Below the pieces are notes generated by a model, which did not search any database, was not told the origin of the DNA, and saw nothing but the letters and a program-made list of their open reading frames with translations. This document shows, piece after piece, positions 30,267 to 41,025 of a DNA stretch of 64,000 nucleotides (positions within the stretch are counted from its first letter, which is position 1; every line of letters begins with the position of its first letter). This DNA comes from Candidatus Oxydemutatoraceae bacterium (GTDB lineage: Bacteria > Pseudomonadota > Gammaproteobacteria > Poriferisulfidales > Oxydemutatoraceae): contig OZ244717.1 of assembly GCA_965218975.1 (NCBI GenBank), positions 1,376,001 to 1,440,000 on the forward strand. The letters run 5' to 3'. The translations under genes were made by a program, and so were the position numbers.

Positions 30267-31510
30267 TGTTCCAGAAACCGCTCGATTATTTGCAGGATAG
30301 AATAATCTTTCGCCGCAGCATCTTTGAGTAACTGCGTTGGTTTATGGGTCAAACGATTCGTTAACGTTGTGGCAAGAAATCTCAATACTTCTTCCGCATC
30401 TTTGCCGTTACGTAATTGTTTTAGAGCTTGTTCCAAGCTTTCTTTCTTTGTAAGATCAGCCTCGTTTCTGAGTCGGTTAATCATATCAATCGCGCGATTT
30501 GAATCGATCCATTCAAAATATTTGTCCGTCTTTGATCGGATAATCACTTCGGCTTGTGCAACAGCGTCAAAACGTAAATCACGATTGCGGTCAGCTATAT
30601 GCGCCAATGTCTCTAAAGTATACAAGTATGCATCTTCCAAGTCGCCGATATTACTTTCAATATCGTGCGGCAGGGCTAAATCAATCAAATACATGGGCCT
30701 GTGTTTGCGTTCCTTGAGCGCTTGTTCAATCGCCGTTCTGCGGATGATCAGCGATTCACTGGCGGTTGCGCTGACGATAATATCAAAGCTACTCAAATGT
30801 TTATTGATTTGACTAAGCGGCAAAGTTGCGCCTTGAAATTTAATTCCCAGCTCACGCATTCGTTCGGGCGAGCGGCCGCTGATAGTGATATGCTTTAGGT
30901 GGTTGTCCTTAAAGTGTTTGGCAGTCAACCGAATTATTTCTCCGGTGCCAACTAATAGCGCGTACTTATTTTCCAGGCTCTCAAATATTTTCTTTGACAT
31001 TTTGACTGCCACTGATGCAAACGAAATCGGATGATTGGCAATTTCAGTAGTGCTGCGTACTTGTTTCGCGACGGATAAAGCGTTTTCGAATAAACGTGTT
31101 AAATGTTTGTTGACTGTGCCTGCTATTTGCGCTGTTTGATAAGCTCCTTTGACTTGTCCGAGAATTTGAGATTCGCCCACGATCATTGATTCGATGCCGG
31201 AAGCAACACGCATCAAATGTTGCACGGTATCTTCGTCAACGAATACAACAGCATGTTTTTTAAAAGTTTCCGAAGAGATTCCGGAGAAATGAACGAACCA
31301 TTCAATGAGTGACGAAATATGTTCTTTCGTTTGAATATCAGCATAAATTTCACAGCGGTTGCAAGTAGTTAAAATTACTGCGGCATTTACCGCCGACAGA
31401 TGCAGCAGTGCATTTAAAGTCGCGTCAATTTTATGCGTGGGAATGATCACTTTTCCTAATACTTCGAGGGGAGTATTTTTGTGGTTGAAACCGACTGCGA
31501 TCAGTGCCAT
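30263..31510 (-). CDS. hemA: Glutamyl-tRNA reductase
   Basis: [17 protein letters not shown] and DLALPHD motifs. Confidence 0.95.
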   Translation of the reverse strand: MALIAVGFNHKNTPLEVLGKVIIPTHKIDATLNALLHLSAVNAAVILTTCNRCEIYADIQTKEHISSLIEWFVHFSGISSETFKKHAVVFVDEDTVQHLMRVASGIESMIVGESQILGQVKGAYQTAQIAGTVNKHLTRLFENALSVAKQVRSTTEIANHPISFASVAVKMSKKIFESLENKYALLVGTGEIIRLTAKHFKDNHLKHITISGRSPERMRELGIKFQGATLPLSQINKHLSSFDIIVSATASESLIIRRTAIEQALKERKHRPMYLIDLALPHDIESNIGDLEDAYLYTLETLAHIADRNRDLRFDAVAQAEVIIRSKTDKYFEWIDSNRAIDMINRLRNEADLTKKESLEQALKQLRNGKDAEEVLRFLATTLTNRLTHKPTQLLKDAAAKDYSILQIIERFLEQ

Positions 31511-31871
31511 TTTAAGTTTTCTGATTTAGTAGCGACATGTTTGCGGCGATTTTGCTCTTAAAACAAATATCGAGGTCTACAAGAGTCTGTGGCTGTTGAA
31601 GGAGTGTTACTTTTCCCTTTCTGTCGCTATTCCCATAAAAACGAGAGTCCGTACGCGTTGATGGTTGCACTTTGGCGGCAAAAATACGAAATGGGGCAGT
31701 ATTGTACGGACAAGCCCTTTTAGGACAAGCTTTTTTATGTGGTTGTGGTGCTATAATCATTAGCCACCATAATTTTGATATGCGTTTGACTGTCGTTAAT
31801 AATTTATTCAATTGGTTTTTTGCTCTAATTTTAATGAGCTCTTTAATCATGACGCGTACCGACAATTGGCT

Positions 31872-33563
31872 GTGAAAATTTTTACTATACCTCCTATTTT
31901 ATCTTCAATCGGTCTCATCTTTGGAATTAACCTTAGTATTGTTTTGAGCATAGTTCTTGCGGCATGCACGACGACTGCACAGTGGCAAACACAAGAATAT
32001 TCGGACGTTATTTTTAATACTTTGGCCGCCGAGTTCGCCTTGCGAGAGAATGATCCGGAAGAATCATCTAAGTATTATATTAAAGCTTTAGAAAAATCTT
32101 CAGATGCTGCTTTTATTGCTTCGGCTATTGAATTTTTCTTCAGCTATGGAAATTATATCGATGCGATTCGCGGCAGTGAAATTTTGTTAAAACTCAAACC
32201 GCAAGATGAAACACTGAAGAAACTCTTGCCATATTTATATTTGAGTACGGCGCAAGCCGACAAAGCGATCGCGATGTTAGATTCGTTTGACGATCGTCAA
32301 TTGACTACGGATGTTTTTGTAAAGATATCAAAGGTAGGTTTTTTAAACATTGATGAGAAAAAGTTAGCAGGCTTACAAAAAGCTGCTAAGCATTTCTCAG
32401 ATAATGCGATGGCGCAGTATGCTTATGCAGTTTCCGCCGATTACTTTAAGGATTACGATCAAGCGATTATTTTCGCAGACCGAGGGCTTGCATTGGCGCC
32501 TTATGTTGACATCGGGTACAAAGTTAAAGCTGATGCGTTGCAAAAGTCCGGCCGGCCGGATAAAAGTGTTGCAGTATTGCATGCCGGCGTGGGGAAGCTC
32601 CCGGAAAATATTTCATTACGTATGAGTTATGCACAAGCACTGCATGGGACGGGTAAAAATGAAGAAGCTTACCGGCAGCTGATGAATTTGTACCGAACTA
32701 TGCCGGAAGCATCTTCCAATGTTGTGCAATTACTTGGCACTATCGCATTGGAGCTTGGAAAAAATGAAGAAGCCTTAGAACATTTTAAGGAGTTGGAAAA
32801 CTTTCCGGGCATGAACTTGCGCGCCAGATATTTTCAGGCGTACGCTTTGTTTCAATGGAAAAATTTTATTTCGGCAATGCATCTTCTACAAAATATTCCT
32901 CCGGCAAGCGGTGCTGTATTTGAACAGGCTAATCTATTAATTGCGCGTATTTATCAAGATCAAATGATGATTGATCAAGCAGTGAGTCACTTGTCTGAAG
33001 CAATGGCGCAGGTGGAAGATAGTGAGCGGAAAATTAACTTTTATATCGCGCAAGCTAGGATTCTTAGTGCCGCCGGGTATTATACGCAAGCACGGGAAAT
33101 TTATTCTTTGGCAATTACGGAATTTCCTGAGCATCTAACATTTTATCTTCTGCGTGCGTTTAACGGAATAAAAATGAACGATCTTGAAACAATTGAAAAG
33201 GATGTGCATCACATTTTGTCTAAGGATGTCAATCATGTGGACGCGTTAAATTTGTTGGGCTACCACCTTGCGGATATGAATATTCGTTTGGATGAGGCAA
33301 AAGAATATCTGGTTCGCGCCTACAAAATCAACTCGGAAGATCCGCGAATCATTGATAGTTTAGGGTGGATAGAGTTCCGCTTGAAAAATTTTGAATCTGC
33401 CGAGAGGTTGATTCGGCGAGCAATTGAAAAGTATCCGGACCCGGAAATATACGGTCATTTGGTTGAAATTTTACGCGCACGAAATCAGTTCTTAGAAGCG
33501 GAAAATCAATTAAATGAAGCGTTGCAAATTTATCCCGACGATAAGTACCTTAAAAATCTGTAG
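31872..33563 (+). CDS. TPR-repeat lipoprotein (start uncertain)
   Basis: Lipobox LAAC, TPR repeats, ALNLLGY and IIDSLGW motifs; conserved position between hemA and lolB. Confidence 0.85.
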   Translation: MKIFTIPPILSSIGLIFGINLSIVLSIVLAACTTTAQWQTQEYSDVIFNTLAAEFALRENDPEESSKYYIKALEKSSDAAFIASAIEFFFSYGNYIDAIRGSEILLKLKPQDETLKKLLPYLYLSTAQADKAIAMLDSFDDRQLTTDVFVKISKVGFLNIDEKKLAGLQKAAKHFSDNAMAQYAYAVSADYFKDYDQAIIFADRGLALAPYVDIGYKVKADALQKSGRPDKSVAVLHAGVGKLPENISLRMSYAQALHGTGKNEEAYRQLMNLYRTMPEASSNVVQLLGTIALELGKNEEALEHFKELENFPGMNLRARYFQAYALFQWKNFISAMHLLQNIPPASGAVFEQANLLIARIYQDQMMIDQAVSHLSEAMAQVEDSERKINFYIAQARILSAAGYYTQAREIYSLAITEFPEHLTFYLLRAFNGIKMNDLETIEKDVHHILSKDVNHVDALNLLGYHLADMNIRLDEAKEYLVRAYKINSEDPRIIDSLGWIEFRLKNFESAERLIRRAIEKYPDPEIYGHLVEILRARNQFLEAENQLNEALQIYPDDKYLKNL

Positions 33564-33579
33564 CATTTTCCCGCACTGT

Positions 33580-34188
33580 TTGCGGGGCCTATCCCCGAGT
33601 TTGTATGCGGTGATTTACCTTTGCTTGTCTGCCTGCTCAATGACGATGAGTAATGACAAGATTGCGTCGTTATCTCCGGCATGGATTCAACATCATAACC
33701 AAGTGGCAGCGATCGGACGATGGAATATGCAAGGGGTGGTCAATTTACGTTATCGCGAACGGCGGTGGAATTTTAATATACGTTGGGAATGCACACATCA
33801 AAGTTCCGTATTAGATTTATATACTGTGCGCGGTGATAAATTGATGGAGTTTGAAGTTACCCCGCAGCAAGCTCGAGCAAAGGACCGCAGAGGGCAATCT
33901 TACTCCGAACCGAACGGCGAAGCATTGGCGCTGAAATTACTGGGAGTGCGAATGCCGATTGATAGTCTGTGTCAATGGTTAATCGGGATTCCGGATGCCG
34001 GCGGAGTAAAACCACAGTTTGAATTAGATGACCAAGGGCGTCTAGCTTCACTGATTCAATTTGGTTGGCATATTGGCTACCAAGATTACCGGGATGCAAG
34101 CAACTCTCTGAGTCTGCCCGGCAAGTTAATTTTAAGGAAAGGAAATATTCAAATTATCGTATTCGCCACACAACATCAGTTGATATAG
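33580..34188 (+). CDS. lolB: Outer-membrane lipoprotein insertase LolB (start uncertain)
   Basis: Lipobox LSAC; LGVRMPID.L..WLIGIP; Q.GW.I.Y; precedes ispE. Confidence 0.8.
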   Translation: MRGLSPSLYAVIYLCLSACSMTMSNDKIASLSPAWIQHHNQVAAIGRWNMQGVVNLRYRERRWNFNIRWECTHQSSVLDLYTVRGDKLMEFEVTPQQARAKDRRGQSYSEPNGEALALKLLGVRMPIDSLCQWLIGIPDAGGVKPQFELDDQGRLASLIQFGWHIGYQDYRDASNSLSLPGKLILRKGNIQIIVFATQHQLI

Positions 34189-34195
34189 CGATAGA

Positions 34196-35104
34196 ATGAA
34201 ACGCAAAATCGAGAAGAAACAACGGTTTTTTAATTTTCCGGCTCCGGCGAAGCTGAATTTGTTTTTACACATCATCGCATCGCGAGGCGACGGTTATCAT
34301 GAGATTCAGACGTTGTTTCAGCTATTGGATTATGGCGATACGTTAACGTTCGTGCAACGTTCTGATTCGGAGATTCGTGTGCACCTGCAGCGTGCATCGG
34401 AACTTCCGATGATGGATATTCCAGTAGCGGATAATTTGATCATTCGTGCGGCAAATATGCTACGCGATGCCTTTCGCAGGCGGAATCCCGATAAGCTATT
34501 TACCGGTGTTGATATTTTTTTACACAAGCGAATTCCGGTCGGCAGTGGTTTAGGTGGAGGTAGTTCCGATGCGGCAACGACATTGCACGCGCTTAATTTG
34601 CTTTGGGATTGCCGTTTAGATCAAGGAGCTTTAGCGGAGTTAGGTGCGGCTTTGGGTGCGGATGTGCCGGTCTTTGTACGCGGCACAAGTGCTTGGGCGG
34701 AAGGGCGTGGCGATCAATTAACGGCAATGTCACTACCGTCGCGGTGGTACGTTATATTAGTGCCGGCGGTGTTGATCATTACTGACGAGATTTTTCAATC
34801 GCCGGATTTGGTGCGAAATTGTCCGCCGATTCGCATGCAAGATTATGCGTCGAGCAAGCATATTAATGCTTTTCAGGCAGTTGTAGAACGTCGGTATCCG
34901 ATGGTATCGGACGCATTAGCTTGGTTAAACCATTATGGGTCTGCGCGTCTGAGTGGGAGTGGTAGCAGTGTTTTTGTCGGGTTTGATACTTATACGACCG
35001 CATCTCAAGTTATTGCCGACAAGCCGTCGGAGTTTTTTGGATTTACGGCGCGGGGTGTAGATTATTCGCCGTTATTAGATAGACTCGCAGCGTTATCTAA
35101 GTAA
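34196..35104 (+). CDS. ispE: 4-diphosphocytidyl-2-C-methyl-D-erythritol kinase
   Basis: PAPAKLNLFL and GLGGGSSDAA motifs. Confidence 0.95.
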   Translation: MKRKIEKKQRFFNFPAPAKLNLFLHIIASRGDGYHEIQTLFQLLDYGDTLTFVQRSDSEIRVHLQRASELPMMDIPVADNLIIRAANMLRDAFRRRNPDKLFTGVDIFLHKRIPVGSGLGGGSSDAATTLHALNLLWDCRLDQGALAELGAALGADVPVFVRGTSAWAEGRGDQLTAMSLPSRWYVILVPAVLIITDEIFQSPDLVRNCPPIRMQDYASSKHINAFQAVVERRYPMVSDALAWLNHYGSARLSGSGSSVFVGFDTYTTASQVIADKPSEFFGFTARGVDYSPLLDRLAALSK

Positions 35105-35123
35105 TAATATTAATAAATCATGA

Positions 35124-35195
35124 TGGGGCGTGGCCAAGTGGTAAGGCACCGGGTTTTGATCCCGGCATTCGCAGGTTCGAATCCTGCCGCCCCAG
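35124..35195 (+). tRNA. tRNA-Gln(TTG), CCA not encoded
   Basis: TGGGGCG/CGCCCCA acceptor stem, anticodon arm ccggg-ttTTGat-cccgg, GGTTCGAATCC T-arm. Confidence 0.95.
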
Positions 35196-35235
35196 CAGCC
35201 AATGGATTTAGTCATACATTAAGTGGTGCATTTTA

Positions 35236-36195
35236 ATGAATCATTCAGCAGCGCGTATGATGCTTTTTTCCGGCAATGCTAATCGTCCGCTTGCCGAAAG
35301 ACTAGCCAAAAATTTAAAGCTCAGACTCGGCAAAGCGATCGTGAGCCGTTTTAGCGATGGCGAGGTGCAAGTTGAAATTCAAGAAAACATCAGAGGTCGA
35401 GATATTTTTATTGTTCAGCCGCTATGTAGCCCGACTAACGATAGCTTGATGGAATTACTAATCATGGTGGATGCTTTTTATCGCGCATCTGCCGGTAGAA
35501 TTACTGCGGTGATCCCGTATTTCGGTTATTGTCGGCAAGACCGCAAAGTTCGCTCAATGCGCGTGCCGATTTCAGCAAAAGTTGTTGCCGATATGATTGG
35601 AGCAGTTGCGACTAACCGTGTATTAACCATGGATTTGCATGCCGATCAAATACAAGGTTTTTTTCGTATGCAGATTGACAACATCTACGCTTCACCTGTG
35701 TTGTTAAGTGACATTTGGCAAAAGAATTATCCGGACTTAATTATTGTATCGCCGGATGTTGGCGGTGTCGTGCGTGCACGGGCGCTGGCAAAGCGTTTGG
35801 ACGATGCCGATCTTGCGATTATCGATAAACGCCGCCCACAAGTTAACGAAAGCCAAGTAATGAATATTATCGGCGACATCAAAGGGAAAACTTGCGTGAT
35901 TGTGGACGATCTGGTAGATACTGCCGGAACTTTAGGTCAAGCGGCGAGGGTACTGAAAGAAAATGGCGCCAAGTCGGTTCTTGCTTATGCAACCCATCCG
36001 GTACTATCGGGTGATGCGGTAAAGAACATCGCCGCTTCGGAGCTGGATGAATTGGTCATTACCGACACGATTCCACTAAGGGAAGAAGTGCGTCAGTGTA
36101 GAAAAATTCGACAGATCAGTATCGCCGATTTGCTTGCTGAGACAATTCACCGCATTTACCTTGAGGAATCAATCAGTAGTTTGTTTGTTGATTGA
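35236..36195 (+). CDS. prs: Ribose-phosphate pyrophosphokinase
   Basis: [17 protein letters not shown] and [10 protein letters not shown] motifs. Confidence 0.97.
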   Translation: MNHSAARMMLFSGNANRPLAERLAKNLKLRLGKAIVSRFSDGEVQVEIQENIRGRDIFIVQPLCSPTNDSLMELLIMVDAFYRASAGRITAVIPYFGYCRQDRKVRSMRVPISAKVVADMIGAVATNRVLTMDLHADQIQGFFRMQIDNIYASPVLLSDIWQKNYPDLIIVSPDVGGVVRARALAKRLDDADLAIIDKRRPQVNESQVMNIIGDIKGKTCVIVDDLVDTAGTLGQAARVLKENGAKSVLAYATHPVLSGDAVKNIAASELDELVITDTIPLREEVRQCRKIRQISIADLLAETIHRIYLEESISSLFVD

Positions 36196-36244
36196 GAGCT
36201 GAATCTCAATAAGTTGTAGTCGCGGTTCGTCAAGTTCGAATCAA

Positions 36245-36395
36245 TGTATAGTGCTGGATACATACGGGACTCACGGCGTGATTTGGGGGTGGCACAATAT
36301 GCGCCGAACGCATGCCGGTTTAAGTCAACAGTCGCCGTGCCGAATGTTGGTCCCCAACAACCCTAAAAAAATCCGGAATGTATCGGCATCGTACA
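36245..36395 (+). mobile_element. 151-bp IS481-derived miniature element with both ends
   Basis: Starts TGTATAGTGCTGGATACATACGGGACTCACGGC (matches the left end at 8038) and ends ccccaacaaccctaaaaaaatcc...gcatcgtaca (matches the right end at 20487). Confidence 0.85.
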
Positions 36396-36472
36396 CAAGT
36401 TTTATTACGGCTATGGTAAACTATTCAATTGATTCACATTGCATTCGTCATCGCAGACTAAAATAATAATAT

Positions 36473-36548
36473 AGGCGCGTAGCTCAGTCGGCAGAGCACC
36501 ACTGTGACATGGTGGGGGTCGTTGGTTCAAGTCCAATCGCGCCTACCA
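36473..36548 (+). tRNA. tRNA-Val(GAC)
   Basis: AGGCGCG/CGCGCCT acceptor stem, anticodon loop GT-GAC-AT, TTCAAGT T-loop, encoded CCA. Confidence 0.93.
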
Positions 36549-36657
36549 AAGTTCGTTTAAATAAAAAGAGTGATAGCTTTTCAATAAAATGATACGTTGA
36601 AATTATGATTGTGGAATATGTGACTTTTAGCATGAGTCGCTACTGCCATAGATTTAT

Positions 36658-38583
36658 ATGATACAGATTACACTTCCCGACAAATCCGTAAAAAATTTTA
36701 ATCGCCCGGTAACAATCTTGCAGGTTGCAGAGTCCATTGGTCTTGGACTTGCAAAGGCTGCGATTGCCGGTGAAGTAAACGGTGTCTTGCACGATCTCTG
36801 TATCACCATCGAAAATGATGCTGACCTGCGCATCATTACCGACAAAGATTTACGAGGCATCGAAATCATCCGCCATTCATGCGCCCACTTAATGGGGCAT
36901 GCGGTAAAACAACTGTACCCCGAAGCAAAAATGGCAATCGGACCGGTGATTGAAAACGGATTTTATTATGACATTGCTTATGATCGTCCGTTTACGCAAG
37001 AAGATGTTGAAGCGATAGAAAAACGGATGCGCGATTTAATTGGCAAAAATTATGATGTCATTCGCAAGCCGGTAAGTAAAAAGCAAGCGTTAAAAATCTT
37101 CAAAGAACGGAACGAGGATTATAAAATTCAAATCATTGAAGGGATTGCTACGGGCAAAGATATTGCTTTGTACCATCATGAAGAATATGTTGATATGTGT
37201 CGTGGTCCGCATGTGCCTAATACGCAGCACTTGCGTGCGTTTAAGTTAACCAAGCTAGCAGGCGCGTATTGGCGTGGTGATCATAATAATGAAATGCTGC
37301 AGCGGATTTACGGTACGGCATGGCATGATGAGAAACAGCTTAAGGTATATCTTGATAATCTCGCTAACGCTGAAAAGCGTGACCACCGTCGCCTCGGCAA
37401 GCGGATGGATTTATTTCATTTTCAACAAGAGGCGCCGGGAATGGTGTTTTGGCACGAGCGCGGTTGGATCTTATATCGTATTGTTGAAGAATATATTCGT
37501 AGAGTGGTTACCGCTGCCGGTTATAAGGAAGTACACACACCGCAGATGGTTGATCGACAATTATGGGAACGTTCGGGACATTGGGACAAGTTTGGCGATA
37601 TGATTTTTGCGACGGAATCTGAAAAACGTGACTATGCTATCAAGCCGATGAATTGTCCCGGACATATTCAGATTTTCAATCAAAGTTTACGTAGTTATCG
37701 CGATTTACCGTATCGTATCGCCGAGTTTGGTGTTGTTCACCGCAATGAACCCTCGGGTACTTTGCATGGCTTGATGCGCGCTCGTCGCTTCACTCAAGAC
37801 GATGCGCATATTTTTTGCGAGGAGGATACGCTACAAGAAGAAATTATCCGCTTAATCGACACCACGTTTGACGTGTACCGGCATTTTGGTTTCGATAAAA
37901 TTTTGGTTGCATTATCAACACGCCCGGAACAACGGGTCGGAGACGATGCGTTATGGGATAAATCGGAGCAAGCGCTGGAACAGTCTTTGCAGGGACATGG
38001 GTTGAAGTATCAGGTTAAATCCGGTGAAGGTGCGTTTTATGGGCCGAAAATTGATTTTACGCTAAAGGATTGTATTGACCGCGAGTGGCAATGTGGCACG
38101 ATTCAACTGGATTTCTCGATGCCAAGACGTTTGGGCGCCGAATATGTTGCCGAGGACGGGGCGCGGCAAGTACCGGTGATGATCCACCGTGCAATATTAG
38201 GTTCGCTTGAACGATTCATCGGTATTTTGATTGAGCATTATGCGGGGAAACTTCCGCTATGGCTTACTCCGGTGCAGGTTGCGGTACTTAATATTACTGA
38301 TGAACAAGCGGGTTATGTATCTGAAATTGCCGCTCAATTACGGCAAAGGACAGACCTGCGCGTTATTTTAGACTTGAGAAATGAAAAGATAGGTTATAAA
38401 ATCCGCGAGCATACACTACAATATATTCCTTATTTGCTTGTAATCGGGCGTAAAGAAGTGAGCTCATCTACAGTTGCTGTGCGGCTACAAAATGGGGAGG
38501 ATATTGGAGCGATGCGATTAGGAGAGTTTATTCAGCGGTTGGATGCAGAGCTAACCGCCGATCTTAAACCGAAGAGATGCTAA
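36658..38583 (+). CDS. thrS: Threonine--tRNA ligase
   Basis: TGS domain, [14 protein letters not shown] and [11 protein letters not shown] motifs. Confidence 0.98.
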   Translation: MIQITLPDKSVKNFNRPVTILQVAESIGLGLAKAAIAGEVNGVLHDLCITIENDADLRIITDKDLRGIEIIRHSCAHLMGHAVKQLYPEAKMAIGPVIENGFYYDIAYDRPFTQEDVEAIEKRMRDLIGKNYDVIRKPVSKKQALKIFKERNEDYKIQIIEGIATGKDIALYHHEEYVDMCRGPHVPNTQHLRAFKLTKLAGAYWRGDHNNEMLQRIYGTAWHDEKQLKVYLDNLANAEKRDHRRLGKRMDLFHFQQEAPGMVFWHERGWILYRIVEEYIRRVVTAAGYKEVHTPQMVDRQLWERSGHWDKFGDMIFATESEKRDYAIKPMNCPGHIQIFNQSLRSYRDLPYRIAEFGVVHRNEPSGTLHGLMRARRFTQDDAHIFCEEDTLQEEIIRLIDTTFDVYRHFGFDKILVALSTRPEQRVGDDALWDKSEQALEQSLQGHGLKYQVKSGEGAFYGPKIDFTLKDCIDREWQCGTIQLDFSMPRRLGAEYVAEDGARQVPVMIHRAILGSLERFIGILIEHYAGKLPLWLTPVQVAVLNITDEQAGYVSEIAAQLRQRTDLRVILDLRNEKIGYKIREHTLQYIPYLLVIGRKEVSSSTVAVRLQNGEDIGAMRLGEFIQRLDAELTADLKPKRC

Positions 38584-38610
38584 TTTAACCGACATAGGGA
38601 GGTAGTGCTT

Positions 38611-39159
38611 ATCAGCGTAATAAGAAAAGTTCGCCTAAACGAAGAAATTACCGGTGCGCGAGTTCGGTTAATTAACGAAGTAGGAGAGAACCAAGGGATT
38701 ATGAGTTTAGGTGACGCACAACAATCTGCAGAAGATAAAGAGCTGGATCTTGTTGAACTGGCTCCCGATAGCGATCCACCGGTATGTCGGATTATGGATT
38801 ATGGCAAATTCAGATTTGCTCAAGTAAAGAAAGCGCATCAAGCGAAAAAGAATCAAAGGCGTATTCAGGTTAAAGAAATTAAATTCAGACCGGGTACCGA
38901 AAAAGCAGATTATCAAACTAAACTGCGTAACTTGATTCGATTTTTAACCGATGGGGACAAAACAAAAGTAACAATTCGGTTTCGCGGGCGTGAAATTTTA
39001 CATCAACACCGGGGATTAGAGTTACTAGATCGAATCAAGGAAGATTTAAAGGATTTCAGCGATCTTGAACAGGGACCGAAATCAGAAGGAAGGCAGATGA
39101 TGATGGTGCTTGCGCCGAAAAAAAAACTGGTTCAGAAAAATGCCCAAAATCAAAACTAA
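38611..39159 (+). CDS. infC: Translation initiation factor IF-3 (probable ATC start)
   Basis: [11 protein letters not shown] and KEIKFRP motifs; GGAGG at 38598-38602 lies 8 nt before the in-frame ATC. Confidence 0.93.
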   Translation: MSVIRKVRLNEEITGARVRLINEVGENQGIMSLGDAQQSAEDKELDLVELAPDSDPPVCRIMDYGKFRFAQVKKAHQAKKNQRRIQVKEIKFRPGTEKADYQTKLRNLIRFLTDGDKTKVTIRFRGREILHQHRGLELLDRIKEDLKDFSDLEQGPKSEGRQMMMVLAPKKKLVQKNAQNQN

Positions 39160-39337
39160 TAGAGGTGCCGCAAAGCGGTTTAAGAAAACAGCGACCGGTC
39201 AGTTTCGCAAGAAGCAATCGCATGCTCGGCATATTTTGACTAAGAAGAGTTCCAAACGTAAGCGGATGTTGCGTTCACCTGAAATGATCGATAAAAATGA
39301 TAAGCAAGCGGTGAATAGAATGCTTCCTTACGCATAG
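39140..39337 (+). CDS. rpmI: 50S ribosomal protein L35
   Basis: [17 protein letters not shown]. Confidence 0.97.
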   Translation: MPKIKTNRGAAKRFKKTATGQFRKKQSHARHILTKKSSKRKRMLRSPEMIDKNDKQAVNRMLPYA

Positions 39338-39359
39338 TTGAAAGCAATCGAGTTGAACA

Positions 39360-39722
39360 ATGGCAAGAGTATCCAGAGGCACTACCGCTCACAAACGACA
39401 TAAGAAAATCCTGCGCAAAGCAAAAGGCTATTACGGCGCGCGCAGCCGTTTGTTCAAAGCAGCCAAGCAAGCGGTTATCAAAGCGGGTCAATATGCGTAT
39501 CGTGACCGCCGTCAATGCAAGCGGCAATTCCGTGCGCTATGGATTGTCCGCATTAATGCTGCCGCCCGCCAATTTGACTTATCATATAGCCGGTTAATGA
39601 GCGGTTTGCATAAGGCAGGTATCGACATTGATAGGAAAATCCTATCGGACCTTGCAGTGCATGATATTGAAGCATTTTCTCATATTGTCGAAAAAGCTAA
39701 AGCTGCGTTGGCCGCTAATTAA
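39360..39722 (+). CDS. rplT: 50S ribosomal protein L20
   Basis: [29 protein letters not shown]. Confidence 0.98.
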   Translation: MARVSRGTTAHKRHKKILRKAKGYYGARSRLFKAAKQAVIKAGQYAYRDRRQCKRQFRALWIVRINAAARQFDLSYSRLMSGLHKAGIDIDRKILSDLAVHDIEAFSHIVEKAKAALAAN

Positions 39723-40001
39723 TTTATTTAGCGTCTTTTGACGAGTCTCATTTTGCTTTGTTGACATGATAATAACTAAATTATTGCTTATTGCTTTTAG
39801 CATAAGATAAATAATGGATGGGCCAGGAGTTATAAACCTGAACCGGCTCATGTGCATGCCGTTTCCGTGGTTGAGGAGCTTGTCGAACCTTAGTCGTCGA
39901 AAAATATTGGCACGATGCGGAAGTTTGGCTAATATCCCTAAATTTAGTGCTAAACTCAATGCTTAGGATCGATCTGCAACATATTGAAAATATAGAGAAA
40001 A

Positions 40002-41021
40002 ATGGCCAATAGTCCTTCTTATAATGGGCAATTGGATACTATTGAAACCATACTTCCCGAAGCGTTGGACAAAATTCGCGAGGCGCAAACTCTATCGGAC
40101 TGGGATGCATTGCGGGTACATTATCTCGGCAAGAAAGGTTTGCTTACCGCTTTGCTAAAGCAGCTTGGCGAGTTGCCTGTCGCCGAACGTCCCATTGTCG
40201 GGAATACGTTAAATGCGGTGAAGGAACGGATTCAATCGGCATTACAACAACGTCAGCAACAATTGTGCGCGGATAAAGTGGCGCAACGTCTTGCTCAAGC
40301 GTCGCCGGATATCGGTTTGCCCGGACGCGGTCAATGTGTCGGTGCGCTTAACCCAATCAGCTTATGTAGGCGGCGCATTGAAGACTTTTTCACTAAATTC
40401 GGATTTGATATTATTGAGGGGCCGGAAATCGAGAATGATTTTTATAACTTCTCCGCACTGAATATTCCTGAGCGGCATCCGGCGCGCGCCATGCATGATA
40501 CGTTTTACCTTAATAATCAATTGCTACTGCGTACACATACTTCGCCGGTACAGATTCACACGTTGGAAACGCGTCAGCCGCCCTTACGTATGATCGCGCC
40601 CGGGCGGGTGTTTCGATGCGACTCCGATGCGACTCACAGCCCAATGTTTCATCAGGTTGAAGCTTTGGTTGTTGACCGGCAAACATCGTTTGCAGACCTA
40701 AAGGGAATAGTACAAAGCTTTCTGGATTATTTCTTTGATGATGATCATTTAAAAATTCGGTTTCGTCCGTCTTACTTTCCGTTTACCGAGCCTTCTGCCG
40801 AAGTCGATGTCTGCAATAAAAATGGTGAATGGTTGGAAGTGATGGGTTGTGGAATGCTACACCCTAATGTGTTTAAGCTGATTGACTATCCTATAGGGAA
40901 ATGGCGCGGTTATGCATTCGGTATGGGGATTGAGCGTCTTGCGATGTTACGTTATGGCGTGGACGATCTGCGTTTGTTTTTCAACAACGATATTCATTTC
41001 TTGGAGCAGTTTGGCGGATGA
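40002..41021 (+). CDS. pheS: Phenylalanine--tRNA ligase alpha subunit
   Basis: HPARAMHDTF, RTHTSP and FPFTEPSAE motifs. Confidence 0.97.
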   Translation: MANSPSYNGQLDTIETILPEALDKIREAQTLSDWDALRVHYLGKKGLLTALLKQLGELPVAERPIVGNTLNAVKERIQSALQQRQQQLCADKVAQRLAQASPDIGLPGRGQCVGALNPISLCRRRIEDFFTKFGFDIIEGPEIENDFYNFSALNIPERHPARAMHDTFYLNNQLLLRTHTSPVQIHTLETRQPPLRMIAPGRVFRCDSDATHSPMFHQVEALVVDRQTSFADLKGIVQSFLDYFFDDDHLKIRFRPSYFPFTEPSAEVDVCNKNGEWLEVMGCGMLHPNVFKLIDYPIGKWRGYAFGMGIERLAMLRYGVDDLRLFFNNDIHFLEQFGG

Positions 41022-41025
41022 TGTG

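Noticed and set aside
31512-31865. 117-aa minus-strand ORF between hemA and the TPR gene
   Set aside because: Lies in a divergent promoter region with no recognisable motif; probably spurious.
39723-40001. PheM-like attenuator or small ORF before pheS
   Set aside because: The ~50-codon ORF from ~39814 is not Phe-rich and no clear terminator hairpin was seen.
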